Source: Phyllobates terribilis
Taxonomy: Eukaryota
NCBI RefSeq assembly: GCF_046119375.1
Contig: NW_027362767.1
Coordinates: 385,392,001-385,456,000 of the forward strand
Direction: 5' to 3'
Length of the DNA stretch: 64,000 nucleotides
Shown: one piece after another, positions 48,101-58,329 of the stretch
Layout of the letters: every line of letters begins with the position of its first letter
How positions within the stretch are numbered: the stretch's first letter is position 1
The notes under the pieces: model-generated
What the model was told of the DNA's origin: nothing
Database searches by the model: none
Seen by the model: the letters and a program-made list of their open reading frames with translations, nothing else
Position numbers and translations under genes: made by a program

Positions 48101-51100
48101 AATTGAGGAAGGCTTCGCTACTGGTACTGGGGGCAGTGCTAATACAATGGCGTCGTACCATAGTTTACTGGAAATATTACAGGCTGGTAGGAGGCAAGCA
48201 GATTCCCACAGAAAAGTACCAGCAGTAATGTTCAGGGACCCGTGCTTGTAGAAGACGGAGACAACACCCGGAGAAATAGTGACGGCTGGGGACCAAGTAT
48301 GGACACGAGGCATGTGGTTGTGAAAAGCTTCCGCCTCCACGAGCCTAAAAGGCCACATTTCAAGTGCAAGCAGCTGTCAAAAATTTGGCAGTATAGTATT
48401 GCAGCCTTTTGGCTGCATATTTGCGCTTGCATTCCAAGGAATGGGGTAGGGACAACTGAACTCTGCAGTGGGACAAGGACATGGACGGTGATTGTGGCAA
48501 GTCTGCAATGACAGGTGCATGGCGGGAGACATCTTCGCATGCGCCAAGGATCACTTATGATGGACACACTTTTAGGCAGTGACCTGGGAGTCAGAGATGC
48601 TTCCAGAGGTCTTCCCCATGCTGTTTCCATTTCTTTTCAGCACGGTATGGATGTGTCTGATGTGTCACACATCACATGGCCAGATAAGGTTGTAAAATGT
48701 TAAAATGAAATTTCCTGTTGAATGCATTTGTCTTGGTTGAAAGCAATGCAAAAGTGGAAAAACACATCAAAAATGCTACGTGTGAACATAGCCCAAGGTG
48801 TGGAGGAGCATTTTTGTTTTTGGTTATTTATTTTGCCTTGTATACAAGTCATTACCCTGGAAAGGATGTTCGTTAACATATTTCCCTGGAAAATCCATTT
48901 TGGTTTCGTTTTTGTGTGTTTTATTGTGAGTCTGTAAAAGTGGCTTAATACGTCTGACAATGTTGTTCACAGCAGTGATCTGGGAGTCAGAAATGCTTCC
49001 CGGGGTCTTTCCCATGCTGTTCCCATGTCATTTGAGCACTGTTCCCATCGATTTGGGCAATTTCTAGGCCCTCTGCAGACCGCCTGGGGGAGCTGCCTGA
49101 CAAATGCTCGAGTTTCCCATAGACTTACATTGGGCTCATTGCTCGGGTCGAGCACTCGAGTATTCCAATTTGCTCGACCCCAGCAACGAGTACCCGAGCA
49201 TTTTAGTGCTCGCTCATCACTAATCAGGTCTGATCGTGTATTGTGTGATGCAAAGAAATAAATGTAGTAGAATCGATATGAATAGAATCATGGCCCATAT
49301 ACTGATCAAAACATATGCATAAAGGTATAAAAGCGTTCATTAGTATGGAAAAAGTAGTATGGCAAAGTGCTTAAAGTAGAAGCCTGTGTATGACAGGACA
49401 TAAAATAACCAATGGAGCAGCTGCACAAAAGGTAACGCTAGTGTAATAGGCAGTCATACTATTATACAGTGAAAAGAATAGCTGTGCAAAATGTAATATG
49501 CAAGTGCAGTGTCACAATGCTGTTATAATGCATATAAAAAGCCCTCAATATTCGTAGTAGCCACAAAATCCATTAAATATGGATGGTCTTCATGACTATA
49601 CATAAAGTTTAGTAGAGGATGATACCTTGAGACATGATGTATAGTCAAAGTGTTGACATAAAGGGGGGGCGCTTGATTGCCCTGACGCGTGTTTCACCGC
49701 ACTGGGCTTCATCAGAAGGCATGGCTAGCATAAAACATAGGTACTATTTAAATGGCTGGGGTTAATGAATGAATCAATCGGCACCTTCGCCACATAATGC
49801 TCTGCCCAGCTATGACGTGGCCTTGCGCGGCCTGCATGATCTATGTATAGTCATGAAGACCATCCGTATTTAATGGATTTTGTGGCTACTACGAATATTG
49901 ATGACTTTTTCTCACTGTATAATAGTATGACTGCCTATTACACTAGTGTTACCTTTTGTGCAGCTGCTCCATTGGTTATTTTATGTCCTGTCATACACAG
50001 GCTTCTACTTTAAGCATTTTTCCATACTAAAAAAACGCTTTTATACCTCTCTGCTTATGTTTAGATCAGTATATGAGCCTTGATGCTGTTCGTATCTGTT
50101 CTGCTACATTTATTTCTTAGCATCACACAATACAGAATTTACTGCAGTGAATGCTAAATATAAATAAAATAATATATAGTTACACACATAATTGTTGTTT
50201 TGCATCAGACCTTATATACTGGTCTTTGGTCATCAATTGCCACCATCAATGTGCCCTGGAGCATAAATTGTGGGGTGTTTTTTTTTTTTTTTTTTGTCTT
50301 TTTCGCCTCCTATCTTAGGGTAGTTCCATCTTCCCTTTATATGTTCTTAGCCACATTTCTTCCTCACTTTAATTGTACAGTAATTATTATTGATGTAATA
50401 ATACTTTATTTATTTTCAGTCTTCTGCTCTGATTTTTCTCACCTTCCCCTATTATGAGGTTTGATGCAATTAACCCATTATCTACCAATGTCCTTTTTTT
50501 GGGACGCCTAATTTTTTGCTTCTAGCAAGTTACATTTTCTAATTAGGTCAAAAAAAAAAAAACGAAAATTGCTAATTTTGGCAAGTAATGGGTTAACTAT
50601 GTGCCACAGGTCTGCTCTCACAATAGCTATAGGTTTGGGATAATTCAGGTTTTGTCTTGGTCAATCTGTCGCTGACTATTTTAATCTTAATGCACGTACA
50701 CTCCCTCGGAATATAAAGACTGTCGCTCTGTCAATATTAGTAATATGATTTCTTTTTAGCTGCCACAAGGATGATTGCTAACAGCCTCAGGCGGGATTCT
50801 CCCCCGTCCACCCCTGTCCGCAGGCCGGAGACAAGTACATCCAATATCTCTGTGACCGTGTCCAATAAAGTGGCTCTGAAGAAGTCCCTAGCAGGTAGCC
50901 CTTATATTTGTATTCTCTGCTTCTAGCTAGGAAAGACTTCTTTTTTTTTTTTTTTCCCCTGATATTTTTCTGTTTCCTTCTCCTTTTGACTGCAAGACCC
51001 TACTTAAACGGCTGTCCCAACATTGTAAATTATTCCCTATCCATCAAATAGGCAATAATGTGCTGATTTGTGGGGATCTGACCACGGAGACCCCCAGGAG

Positions 51101-53034
51101 CGAAGTTTCACAACTAATGTCTTCACACTTTCTTTTTCTGGTGGTCAAAAATGACCGTTTTTGAAGTAGAAGATACTTCTGGAATCGCTGCTTTTTTTTT
51201 TTTTTCTGGTGCTCTGAAAACCTGAAGTCGTGTTTTGTTTTTTAATTATTATTATTATTCCCGGAGTGCTTTTTTGACTTTGTTTTGTTTTTTTTTTGTT
51301 TTTTTTACTGGCGGTATCTGGACTTTTTTCTTTTTTTGTAAGCTGACCCACTCAAAAAAAAAAAACAGCAGAAGAGGCACAGTGTGACCCAGTCCATCCT
51401 CCACATTAGATGCCATCTGTGGCTCTTGTTTTGGTTGGCTGGCCCGGCGTCACGTTACATGTACGTCATGCTGCAACAATGCGATCGCACCAGGTTGGCT
51501 AATCGAAAGAGGAGCTGGAGTTGACGTCCAGCGGCAACAGATTTAACATTGCTGATGGACCAGGTCCTGTGAATTGGTTCAGATCAGCTCTGGTTCTAAC
51601 CCTAATGTTGCCATGCGCCTACTAGGAGCTGAGCTGCAGTACCTGGGAATAGCCACTAGGCCGTGTATGGCGCTGTACTGTTCCTCCCCTGTATCCTGGT
51701 TAGATCTGAAACTTCTGGCGCTGACAACAGCTCATCAGTCAAGGGGCCTGGTGTCAGACCTCCCCCTCTGATACGTCATCAATATTGCGTCTGCGTGAAC
51801 ATGCACCCATCACATGGTCCGTTTTTGCCGTCCTTTTTAGTCCGTGTGGTATGTTTGTTTGTCGTCCGTGTGTATGTGTTTGCCATTCAAAATACGGATG
51901 GTGTTGTAATTAAAGGTTTAGATGTGAAAAAGTTATGCAAACGTTTAAGAGTTGGCTTGTGTGTTTGCTGTTTGGGCTCCTTGTGCTTTGCAAATATGAC
52001 GCAATCGAGGGAGCTCTTGCTTAAAACCTCTTTTTTACCCGTATAATTTGCTACTCACGGCCTCCCTCTTGTTCCAGCCTCGTCTTCCCCAGAAGAGGAC
52101 GCTAGTGCTGAGGTTCCATTGAAACGTCGCAGGGTGACCGCCGAGATGGAAGGGAAGTATATCATTAATATGCCCAAAGGGACCACACCGCGGACGAAGA
52201 AGATCCTGGAGGAACAAGCTGCAAAAGGTGGGTGAGCAATTTCACAATAATGAGCGAGTAGTGCATGATACAATAATGGGAGTCATACAAGAACTAGCGT
52301 ATGACCTCTGGTTTATAATCCGCACAGGTACGAGCAGAACGTCCGTCTTTGACAGACTGGGGGCAGAAAGTAAAGCCGACACAACAACAGGAGCAAAGGT
52401 GAGTGAGGAGCATTTTGGATTCAGAGTGCCTTTGATTCGTGGCTGTTTTTTTTTTTGATAATCTTTCCATCCCTTACAGCCCACAGGAGTGTTTAGTCGA
52501 TTAGGAGATCCCCGCGAAGAAGACAAGTCTGCAGACAGCGATGAAGACAGCAGCGTTTTACAGTATGCAGGCGTTCTTAAAAAAGTGAGCGCTCCGGTCT
52601 CCAGAGAGAAAGTAACCCCAGGGATTACCATTAAGGCTAAAGCCACCAGTTCAGAGCAGAAGCCGCCCATCACCACCATAAAGAGACTCGCTCCCAAAAT
52701 CTCTGCTAGCGCACCTGCCAAACTAACCGCATCAAAGATCACCCTGGCGCAGAGATTGGGCACCGTTCAACGGGTGAACGTAGAGGAGGAAAGGAGGCGA
52801 AAGAAGCCGTCCGCAGCCTTGGCCCAGCGTCTGGGGAAACAGCTAGTCGTCGCTCAGGACAGCAAAGTCAGCAGCAGCAAGGCCCCAATAGTGGCATATA
52901 AGCCGTCATTTACCATCAAGAGGACTGTAGGGACCACCGCCCGTGTGACCAGCTCCAGTGACAACAGCAGCGCCCAGATGGACAACACCGGGAACGTCAG
53001 CGTCTTTAAGCGGCTGGGGAGGAAATCTGTTTGA
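36106..53034 (+). CDS. C19orf47: C19orf47 ortholog (uncharacterised; N-terminal SAM-like region, basic low-complexity C-terminus), complete, 402 aa
   Basis: Exons 36106-36124, 36213-36300, 41409-41523, 42595-42670, 50760-50894, 52078-52227, 52328-52398, 52480-53034 sum to 1209 nt with consistent phases. Translation runs MVSVTMATSEWINFFKEAGIPAGPAVNYAVMFVDNRIQKSMLMDLNKE...VSVFKRLGRKSV*, matching human C19orf47 as recalled. The head-to-head layout with PLD3 matches human synteny. Confidence 0.95.
36213..36300 (+). CDS. C19orf47: C19orf47 coding exon 2 (ATSEWINFFKEAG...FVDNR)
   Basis: 88 bp; GT-AG. Confidence 0.95.
36650..36705 (-). ncRNA. Type I minimal hammerhead ribozyme motif (antisense copy, more decayed)
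   Basis: CTGAAGA-A-GCGGAC-AGGAC-ATCCGA-GAAA-TGC-GTA; stem II and stem III changes relative to the 37724 copy. Confidence 0.62.
37724..37778 (+). ncRNA. Type I minimal hammerhead ribozyme motif (sense to C19orf47)
   Basis: agcta-t-tac CTGAAGA(37733-39) A G CGGAC-GGGAC-GTCCG A GAAA(37758-61) C GC GTA gta-ttg-tagct; palindromic stem III ACGCGT; predicted cut after 37767; closing pair of stem II is G-A. Confidence 0.72.
38340..40344. mobile_element. Non-autonomous piggyBac-type element with a nested Harbinger-MITE fragment (~38535-38820)
   Basis: TTAA|CCCCTTTC ... GAAGGGG|TTAA; internal AAGGGTTAA at ~39680; no ORF. Confidence 0.6.
41409..41523 (+). CDS. C19orf47: C19orf47 coding exon 3 (IQKSMLMDLNKE...KVVHRQ)
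   Basis: 115 bp; GT-AG. Confidence 0.95.
41673..42056. mobile_element. T2/Kolobok-type MITE
   Basis: TTAA|AGGGGTTGTCCACTA ... TAGTGGACAACCTCT|TTAA; internally palindromic. Confidence 0.87.
42595..42670 (+). CDS. C19orf47: C19orf47 coding exon 4 (DICKALTDLSSGTSMQNELRRNANS)
   Basis: 76 bp; donor gtgagt. Confidence 0.88.
44108..47305 (+). pseudogene. hAT transposase pseudogene
   Basis: Fragments across frames: BED finger (SRVWLFF...AICTTC...RHMAAKH), VVCDNG, DVPTRWNSTLQML, and the C-terminal dimerisation domain (ALEVLACPAANVLSERVFSVAGGII); several stops and frameshifts. Confidence 0.9.
47851..47975 (-). mobile_element. tRNA-derived SINE head (V-SINE-like)
   Basis: GGCAGCAC..TGGATCAGTGG (A box)...GGTTCAAATCC (B box) followed by a SINE body; inserted in the hAT. 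Confidence 0.75.
49678..49721 (-). ncRNA. Type I minimal hammerhead ribozyme motif with intact core
   Basis: TGCCTT-CTGATGA-A-GCC-CAGTGC-GGT-GAAAC-ACGC-GTC-AGGGCA; 6-bp stem I with one GU; predicted cut between 49684 and 49683; a TTTAAATAG TATA-like motif lies upstream. Confidence 0.78.
50760..50894 (+). CDS. C19orf47: C19orf47 coding exon 5 (ATRMIANSLRRDSPPSTPVRRPETS...KKSLA)
   Basis: 135 bp, phase 1-1. Confidence 0.92.
51385..51790. mobile_element. Dispersed repeat (probably MITE-derived); second copy ~57420-57740
   Basis: Shared blocks cgcaccaggttggctaatc, gagctgcagtacctgg, actaggcc.tgtatggcgctgt and gtcagacctcccc in both copies. Confidence 0.6.
52078..52227 (+). CDS. C19orf47: C19orf47 coding exon 6 (…VPLKRRRVTAEMEGKYIINMPKGTTPRTKKILEEQAAK)
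   Basis: 150 bp, phase 1-1. Confidence 0.94.
52328..52398 (+). CDS. C19orf47: C19orf47 coding exon 7 (TSRTSVFDRLGAESKADTTTGAK)
   Basis: 71 bp; donor gtgagt. Confidence 0.93.
52480..53034 (+). CDS. C19orf47: C19orf47 terminal coding exon (PTGVFSRLG...VSVFKRLGRKSV*)
   Basis: 555 bp to TGA; coincides with ORF 52489..53034. Confidence 0.95.
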   Translation, partial: PTGVFSRLGDPREEDKSADSDEDSSVLQYAGVLKKVSAPVSREKVTPGITIKAKATSSEQKPPITTIKRLAPKISASAPAKLTASKITLAQRLGTVQRVNVEEERRRKKPSAALAQRLGKQLVVAQDSKVSSSKAPIVAYKPSFTIKRTVGTTARVTSSSDNSSAQMDNTGNVSVFKRLGRKSV

Positions 53035-53537
53035 AATACAGCAGGCTGCGTTTTTAGGCCTGTTTGGTGGTCCGAGACCCAGTTATCAGTTGGATTACAC
53101 CGTTCTGCTATCTCATAGCTAAACGTTTCAGGGGTTTATTCTTATTGAACATATGGACTTGTTTTACGCTGCATTGTTGGACAGCCGTTTACTTTCACTA
53201 CTGCCACCATTTATTACTTGCAGGTAATACTAGCAGTGATTTTGTTGTTTTGTAATTAAATATTTTATTAGAACACGTGAATTTGTTGCCATTTTATATG
53301 TGGTTGGTTTTTTTTTTTTTGTTTTTTTTTAAGAATCCCATTAAATATGCAGAACCGAATCAGGGAAACCTGGCCTATATACTGATCACCTAAGGTAAAT
53401 CCTCTGCATCTTGTTAAAATGATCCCTGTGTAATCTCCGCTCATCTCGGCCTCCCCTCCCGGAGTGTTTTGCATATTCTGACGAGCAGATTTATATTGGG
53501 ATGTTGTAAGAAAATCCAGGATCCTGCACCACTTGCA

Positions 53538-53670
53538 TCAGTATGTCTTTGGAGTGTGGGAGGAAACCGAAGAACCTGGAGGAAACCCACACAAACACGG
53601 GGAGAACATACAAACTCCTTGCAGATGTTGTCCTTGGTGGGATTTGAACCCAGGACCCCAGTGCTGCAGA
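53538..53670 (-). mobile_element. SINE fragment (same family as 47851) in the C19orf47 3' region
   Basis: Near-identical aggaaacccac.caaacacggggagaacatacaaa.tccttgcagatgttgtcctt; B box present, A box missing. Confidence 0.75.
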
Positions 53671-54013
53671 GACCTGTCAGTCAATCTGATGGTAGTAGCC
53701 TAGCAGACTGCACATGACTCGTTTTTTTTTTTTTTTTTATGTTTTCTGAGCAGCCTCCTATCACCCAACAGCTCTCTGTCCCTGAGGGGGCTATGCATAT
53801 GAACACTCGGCTTGGTCGAGCGTCCATGTTCATGGTGTAAGCTGCTGCCAGTCTCAATGTGCGAGCGATTAAATTCAGTCCTCAATTTCCCTCAACAGAT
53901 GAAGTCGGCAAGCCCCCATACACATTAGATGGTTGTCTGAAATCCGTGACCTCGGCCCACTTTTATCTAATGTGTATGGGGGTCTTTAAGTCCCACAGTA
54001 AAACTTTTGTTTT

Positions 54014-54024
54014 ATTAAAATAAA
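54014..54024 (+). terminator. Candidate C19orf47 polyadenylation signal (overlapping ATTAAA/AATAAA)
   Basis: About 1 kb after the stop codon and followed by GT/T-rich sequence; alternatives exist (ATTAAA ~53255, AATAAA ~54121). Confidence 0.45.
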
Positions 54025-54808
54025 AACCGTGCTTTGATATTGCAGCTCGCTGCCAGTCAGGTTCCTGACTAATGGAAAATGTTCTTTCAACACAATTTGA
54101 TCTAATACACAGTAAGAAAAAATAAATTCCAGAAGTGTTTAAATATTTCAAGGTCATCCCAGTGCATCGTTGTGCCCAAATGTCGTAACGTTATCAAGGG
54201 AAGACTTAGTGTCTATATAATAATAAAAAAAAAAAATAGGCCGCTAGGGCAGGATATGTGGGAAGTAAACAGCCCGGTCACAGGCCGGTTATACAGGTAC
54301 ATCCTTTAACGAGATAGAAGGGATTTTATGTATACCATATGCCACTGTGCAAGTGAGCATGTAATCTTCTGGACAGTGGCCGTGCTGTCGGGGGCAGCAG
54401 TGGTCCCTACAGCCTGCAACTATCCTGGTCCACAGATCCTTGCAGATTTATGATCTGTACAGCATACGAAGGAAGGAGGTGACTAACGAAGACCGGTCTA
54501 CGAGGAGACGATGGGAGAAGGACACTTCTACCAAAATCCATTCTCAGTAGTATATACACTACTCACTAAAAGTTAGGGATATTTGGCTTTTGGGTGAAAT
54601 TTTAAGATAACCCTACAATACCCTCTAACCTTTTCAGGTGAACTTAATGTGACCATCTGTAAGCCTTTGAATGCACATGTCCAACTGTTCAATGTTTCGG
54701 TTCTTTTTGCACAATTTGCTGTTCTCTAACAAGGAGCGTAATGGCAAAACTCAACAGATCCATGAATTGGCCGATAAAATTTGGGGGTCAATTAGAATTG
54801 GTATTAAA

Positions 54809-55089
54809 TAGTGATGATCTAGTATGTTTCATTAACTTTTTCTGGCGAGCACGCTTGGGTGCTCGCCGAGTATTTCGGCGTGCTCGGATTTCTTTTATTG
54901 TCGCCGCAGCTGCAAGTGTCACGGCTGTTAGACAGCTGTGACACATGGCGAGATCGACTGATGGACAGTTGATCTCTCCATGTGTCACAGCTGTGGCGAC
55001 AAAAGAAATCCCGAGTACGCCGAAATACTCAGCGAGCACCCAAGCGTGCTCGCCGGAAAGGGTTAATGAAACATACTCGATCATCACTA
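54809..55089. mobile_element. hAT MITE, palindromic, nested in the Tc1
   Basis: Perfect 8-bp TSD gtattaaa (54801-08, 55090-97); TAGTGATGA termini like the 6-kb hAT. Confidence 0.9.
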
Positions 55090-55992
55090 GTATTAAACAG
55101 TCCTCCACATCATGCTGTTCACATTTTGACATGAGACCAAGATGACACCTAACAATTGATCAGCAGTACTTGGCATTGCGAGGCTTCAGTTAGGATGTTC
55201 TCGGACAGAATTGGCCACTGAGCTGGGAGAGTCACAGTCATCAGCTGGGTGCAACAGCGATACAGAGAGACTGGAAGAGTCACAGAGAAGGGGACGTCCT
55301 TTGGCCACATCCAACACTGATGACAGCTTCATTGTGAACAATGCCCTTCAGAAGCAGATGATGAATCCACAGAACTCCAGGCACTTGTAAGGGAGGTGAG
55401 AGGCACCCAACGTCACGTCAGACCACTCGAAACCGTTTACATCAGCATGGTCTGCGTGCTAGACGACCTGCAAGGGTAGCAGACAACACCACCAGGCTCA
55501 GGCGTCATCTACGCTGGACGAGGGACCAGTGGCCTCAGTGCTGTTCACTGATGAAAGTCTATTCACACTGAGCAGAAATGATGGCCGCCAACGATGTTAG
55601 TGACATGAAGGGGAGAGCTATGCATCAGCCACTATTGTCATCAGACGAGCCTTTGGTGGTGGTAGAGTGTGGGCAGGTGTGTCTAGTCACTACAGAATGT
55701 GACTGGTGCAGTGACAAGCCCTTACTACTGAATAACATCATTACTCCAGTCATTGTGTTCCTGCATGAACAACACAGGCCTAATCTCATCTTCATGGAGG
55801 ACAATGCTCCAGCTCATCGAGGTCGCATCATTAGGGAACTTCTGCTGGAGACTGAGGAACCTCAAATAGAGCGGCCTGCACTTTCTCCAGACCTGAATCC
55901 CATAGAAAACCTATGGAATCAGCTGAGTCGCTGTGTAGAGGCTCGTAACTCTGTACCCCAGAACCTCAAAGACCTGAGGGCCACCCTTCAAG

Positions 55993-56429
55993 AAGAGCGG
56001 GACGCCGTGCCTGAGCACAAAGAGAGCGGGACGCCGTGCCTCAGCTCAAGGAGAGCGGGACGCCGTTCCTCAGCTCAAGGAGAGCGGGGACGCCGTGCCT
56101 CAGCTCAAGGAGAGCGGGGACGCCGTGCCTCAGCTCAAGGAGAGCGGGGACGCCGTGCCTCAGCTCAAGGAGAGCGGGGACGCCGTGCCTCAGCTCAAGG
56201 AGAGCGGCGACGCCGTGCCTCAGCTCAAGGAGAGCGGGGACGCCGTGCCTCAGCACAAGGAGAGCGGGGACGCCGTGCCTCAGCACAAGGAGAGCGGGGA
56301 CGCCGTGCCTCAGCACAAGGAGAGCGGGGACGCCGTGCCTCAGCACAAGGAGAGCGGGGACGCCGTGCCTCAGCACATGGAGAGCGGGACGCCGTGCCTC
56401 AGCACATGGAGAGCGGGACGCCGTGCCTC
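55993..56429 (+). repeat. 30-bp minisatellite (~14 copies) inside the transposase 3' end
   Basis: Unit cagctcaaggagagcggggacgccgtgcct. Confidence 0.95.
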
Positions 56430-58329
56430 AGCAGACAATAACTCTACTTGTGGACAGCAGGAGACGTCGTTGTCAGCTGTAATTGATGCTCAAGGCCACA
56501 TGACAAGTTATTGAGACAGTGACATTTTTAGTTGGGGTATATCCATTACTGTTGTTGGCTTGTGTTTCAATAAATTGTTTGAGATGAGGAAATCACCATT
56601 GCTGCTTCTACTGAAATGCCCGACTGTCATTATAAAATATCACTGTAGCAGGAACTTTTTACGTTTTCCATAAATTTCACTTGAAATCCAAGTATCCCAA
56701 ACTTTTTGTGAGTAGTATATGTGATCTGTTACTAATGCTGTGTGTGTACAGGGCTGTGGAGATTAGAGGAAACGCTCGAGTCTATAAAGGATCACTTCTT
56801 TTATTTGGGGCTAACTCTCCTCTCCGGCCATATTACTGCTTTATTAACGGCTTTGCGCTCTAAATGGTTAAACATGGCGCGATTTATATTACTGCTTCAT
56901 AGCAACACTGTGTCCCCCAAAAGTGATGGGAAAACCCTGATCTCTTAGAGATCTGACGTTTTGCTATAGGGAAAATGTGGGGAAAAAAAGCAAAAAAATA
57001 TTCACGCTGCCGTAGGGTGGCAGCGGGACCAGGGCAGTCTTCACCTAAGCGCCCGGAATCATGGGCACCTCTTGCATTTATTAGGCCCATCATGGTGCGG
57101 TGCACATCATGACATTGCATGAGGCGCCTGGGATGCCGGCCAGAAGATACAGAGTACAGACATAAAACTGCCCCGGTCTGGCTGCCGTAGAGGACCGGAC
57201 CAGCGCATTGTGAATCGGTACACATCTGATCGCGCTAGAGTTGATAGCCGCGTGCTCGCTTGCTACTTTGTTTCCTATAGAGAACTATTATTAAAATTGT
57301 GGTTTTATGATTTTATTCCTACTTTGTAGCCATATCCTAAAGCTGGCCGCACATATTGGATTAATAGTTGGTGCAGGATCCAGTCTTTCGGCCCCGGTAG
57401 ATGGCATCCGCGGCTCTTCTTTTGATTAATCGGCACGGCGTGACGTCGCATGTACGTAATACCGCAACAATAGCGTCGCACCAGGTTGGCTAATCAAAAG
57501 AGGATTCATCTGTCGACCACAGATTATCGTCATGGCCGGTGGACCGGGGTCACATCCACTCTGGTTCTAATGAGCTGAGCTGCAGTACCTGGAAATAACC
57601 ACTAGGCCATGTATGGCGCTGTGCTGTTCCTGCCCTGCACCCTGGTTAGATCTGATAGCTGCTGGCGCTCATTGGGAGGAGGTGCCCGGGGTCAGACCTC
57701 CCCCACTGATAGGTCATCAATATAGACATGGTGTATTTAAAGGAAAGGAAATCGCAGGAGAAAAAAAGTGTTTTTGTGGTTTTTTTTTGTTCTTTTCAGC
57801 CTCGAAAAAGAAATGTATACATTATATGTATTCCAAAACATTGATAATGAAAAAAGATCTAGCTTTCATTGAGATTTGTGCTCACATCCCAGTCCTGTAG
57901 CTGTACAGGCCATGCCCCTACATGACTGTAGGGTTTTTGTTCTGAACCCCAGAGATTCTGGTAAAGGACCTGAAACGGGAACCGTATTACATTTTTTTAA
58001 AATTGTCTCTTAAAAATACATTTTAGCCCCTGTAAAAGCCTTAAAAGTGGTCTAGGGTTACTGTGTGCGAGAGATATATATCAAATTATATGAATCAGTT
58101 TGACCTTGGATCTTCCCGTTACTGCCCCCTACTGACCCCATTTATCTCTTTACAGGGGTGGCATAATAAAAAGTCAGTGCTACACGATATGGACACACAT
58201 TTTAAATTCAGGTTTTGACTTCAGTCCCATTGCCCCCTCCATTGTATAACATCCACTCCCCCTACCCCCGGTATATAACATGTGACAGAACGGCCGGTGG
58301 TGCAGAGCTCTGATACCAGCGCGGTCCTG

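Larger units (their letters stand above)
43176..49222 (+). mobile_element. hAT (Ac-like, BED-finger) DNA transposon, 6047 bp, decayed
   Basis: TIR TAGTGATGAGCGA / TCGCTCATCACTA; 8-bp TSD ataaggtc / atcaggtc; GCTCG/CGAGC-rich subterminal repeats. Confidence 0.93.
42919..50473. repeat. ~630-bp-arm inverted repeat (left arm 42919-43175 plus 49231-49604, split by the hAT; right arm 49842-50473; 237-bp loop)
   Basis: Arms align by eye as reverse complements, e.g. catgactatacata / tatgtatagtcatg and aacctcataat / attatgaggtt. Confidence 0.9.
54557..56717 (+). mobile_element. Tc1-type transposon, internally deleted and decayed
   Basis: TIR CACTACTCACTAAAAGTTAGGGATA mirrored at 56717 with TA flanks; [21 protein letters not shown] and the C-terminus VIDAQGHMTSY*. 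Confidence 0.88.

Noticed and set aside
52242-52763. 173-aa minus-strand ORF
   Set aside because: Antisense shadow of C19orf47 coding exons.
55578-56514. 287/148/139-aa ORFs as a novel repeat protein
   Set aside because: Broken Tc1 transposase plus tandem expansion; no credible start or independent exon structure.
56751-56865. Possible exon (GLWRLEETLESIKDHFF...) after gtgtacag; similar weak candidate at ~54436-54478
   Set aside because: Donors are weak (gttaaa, gtgact), the peptide is not recognised and no phase chain could be built.
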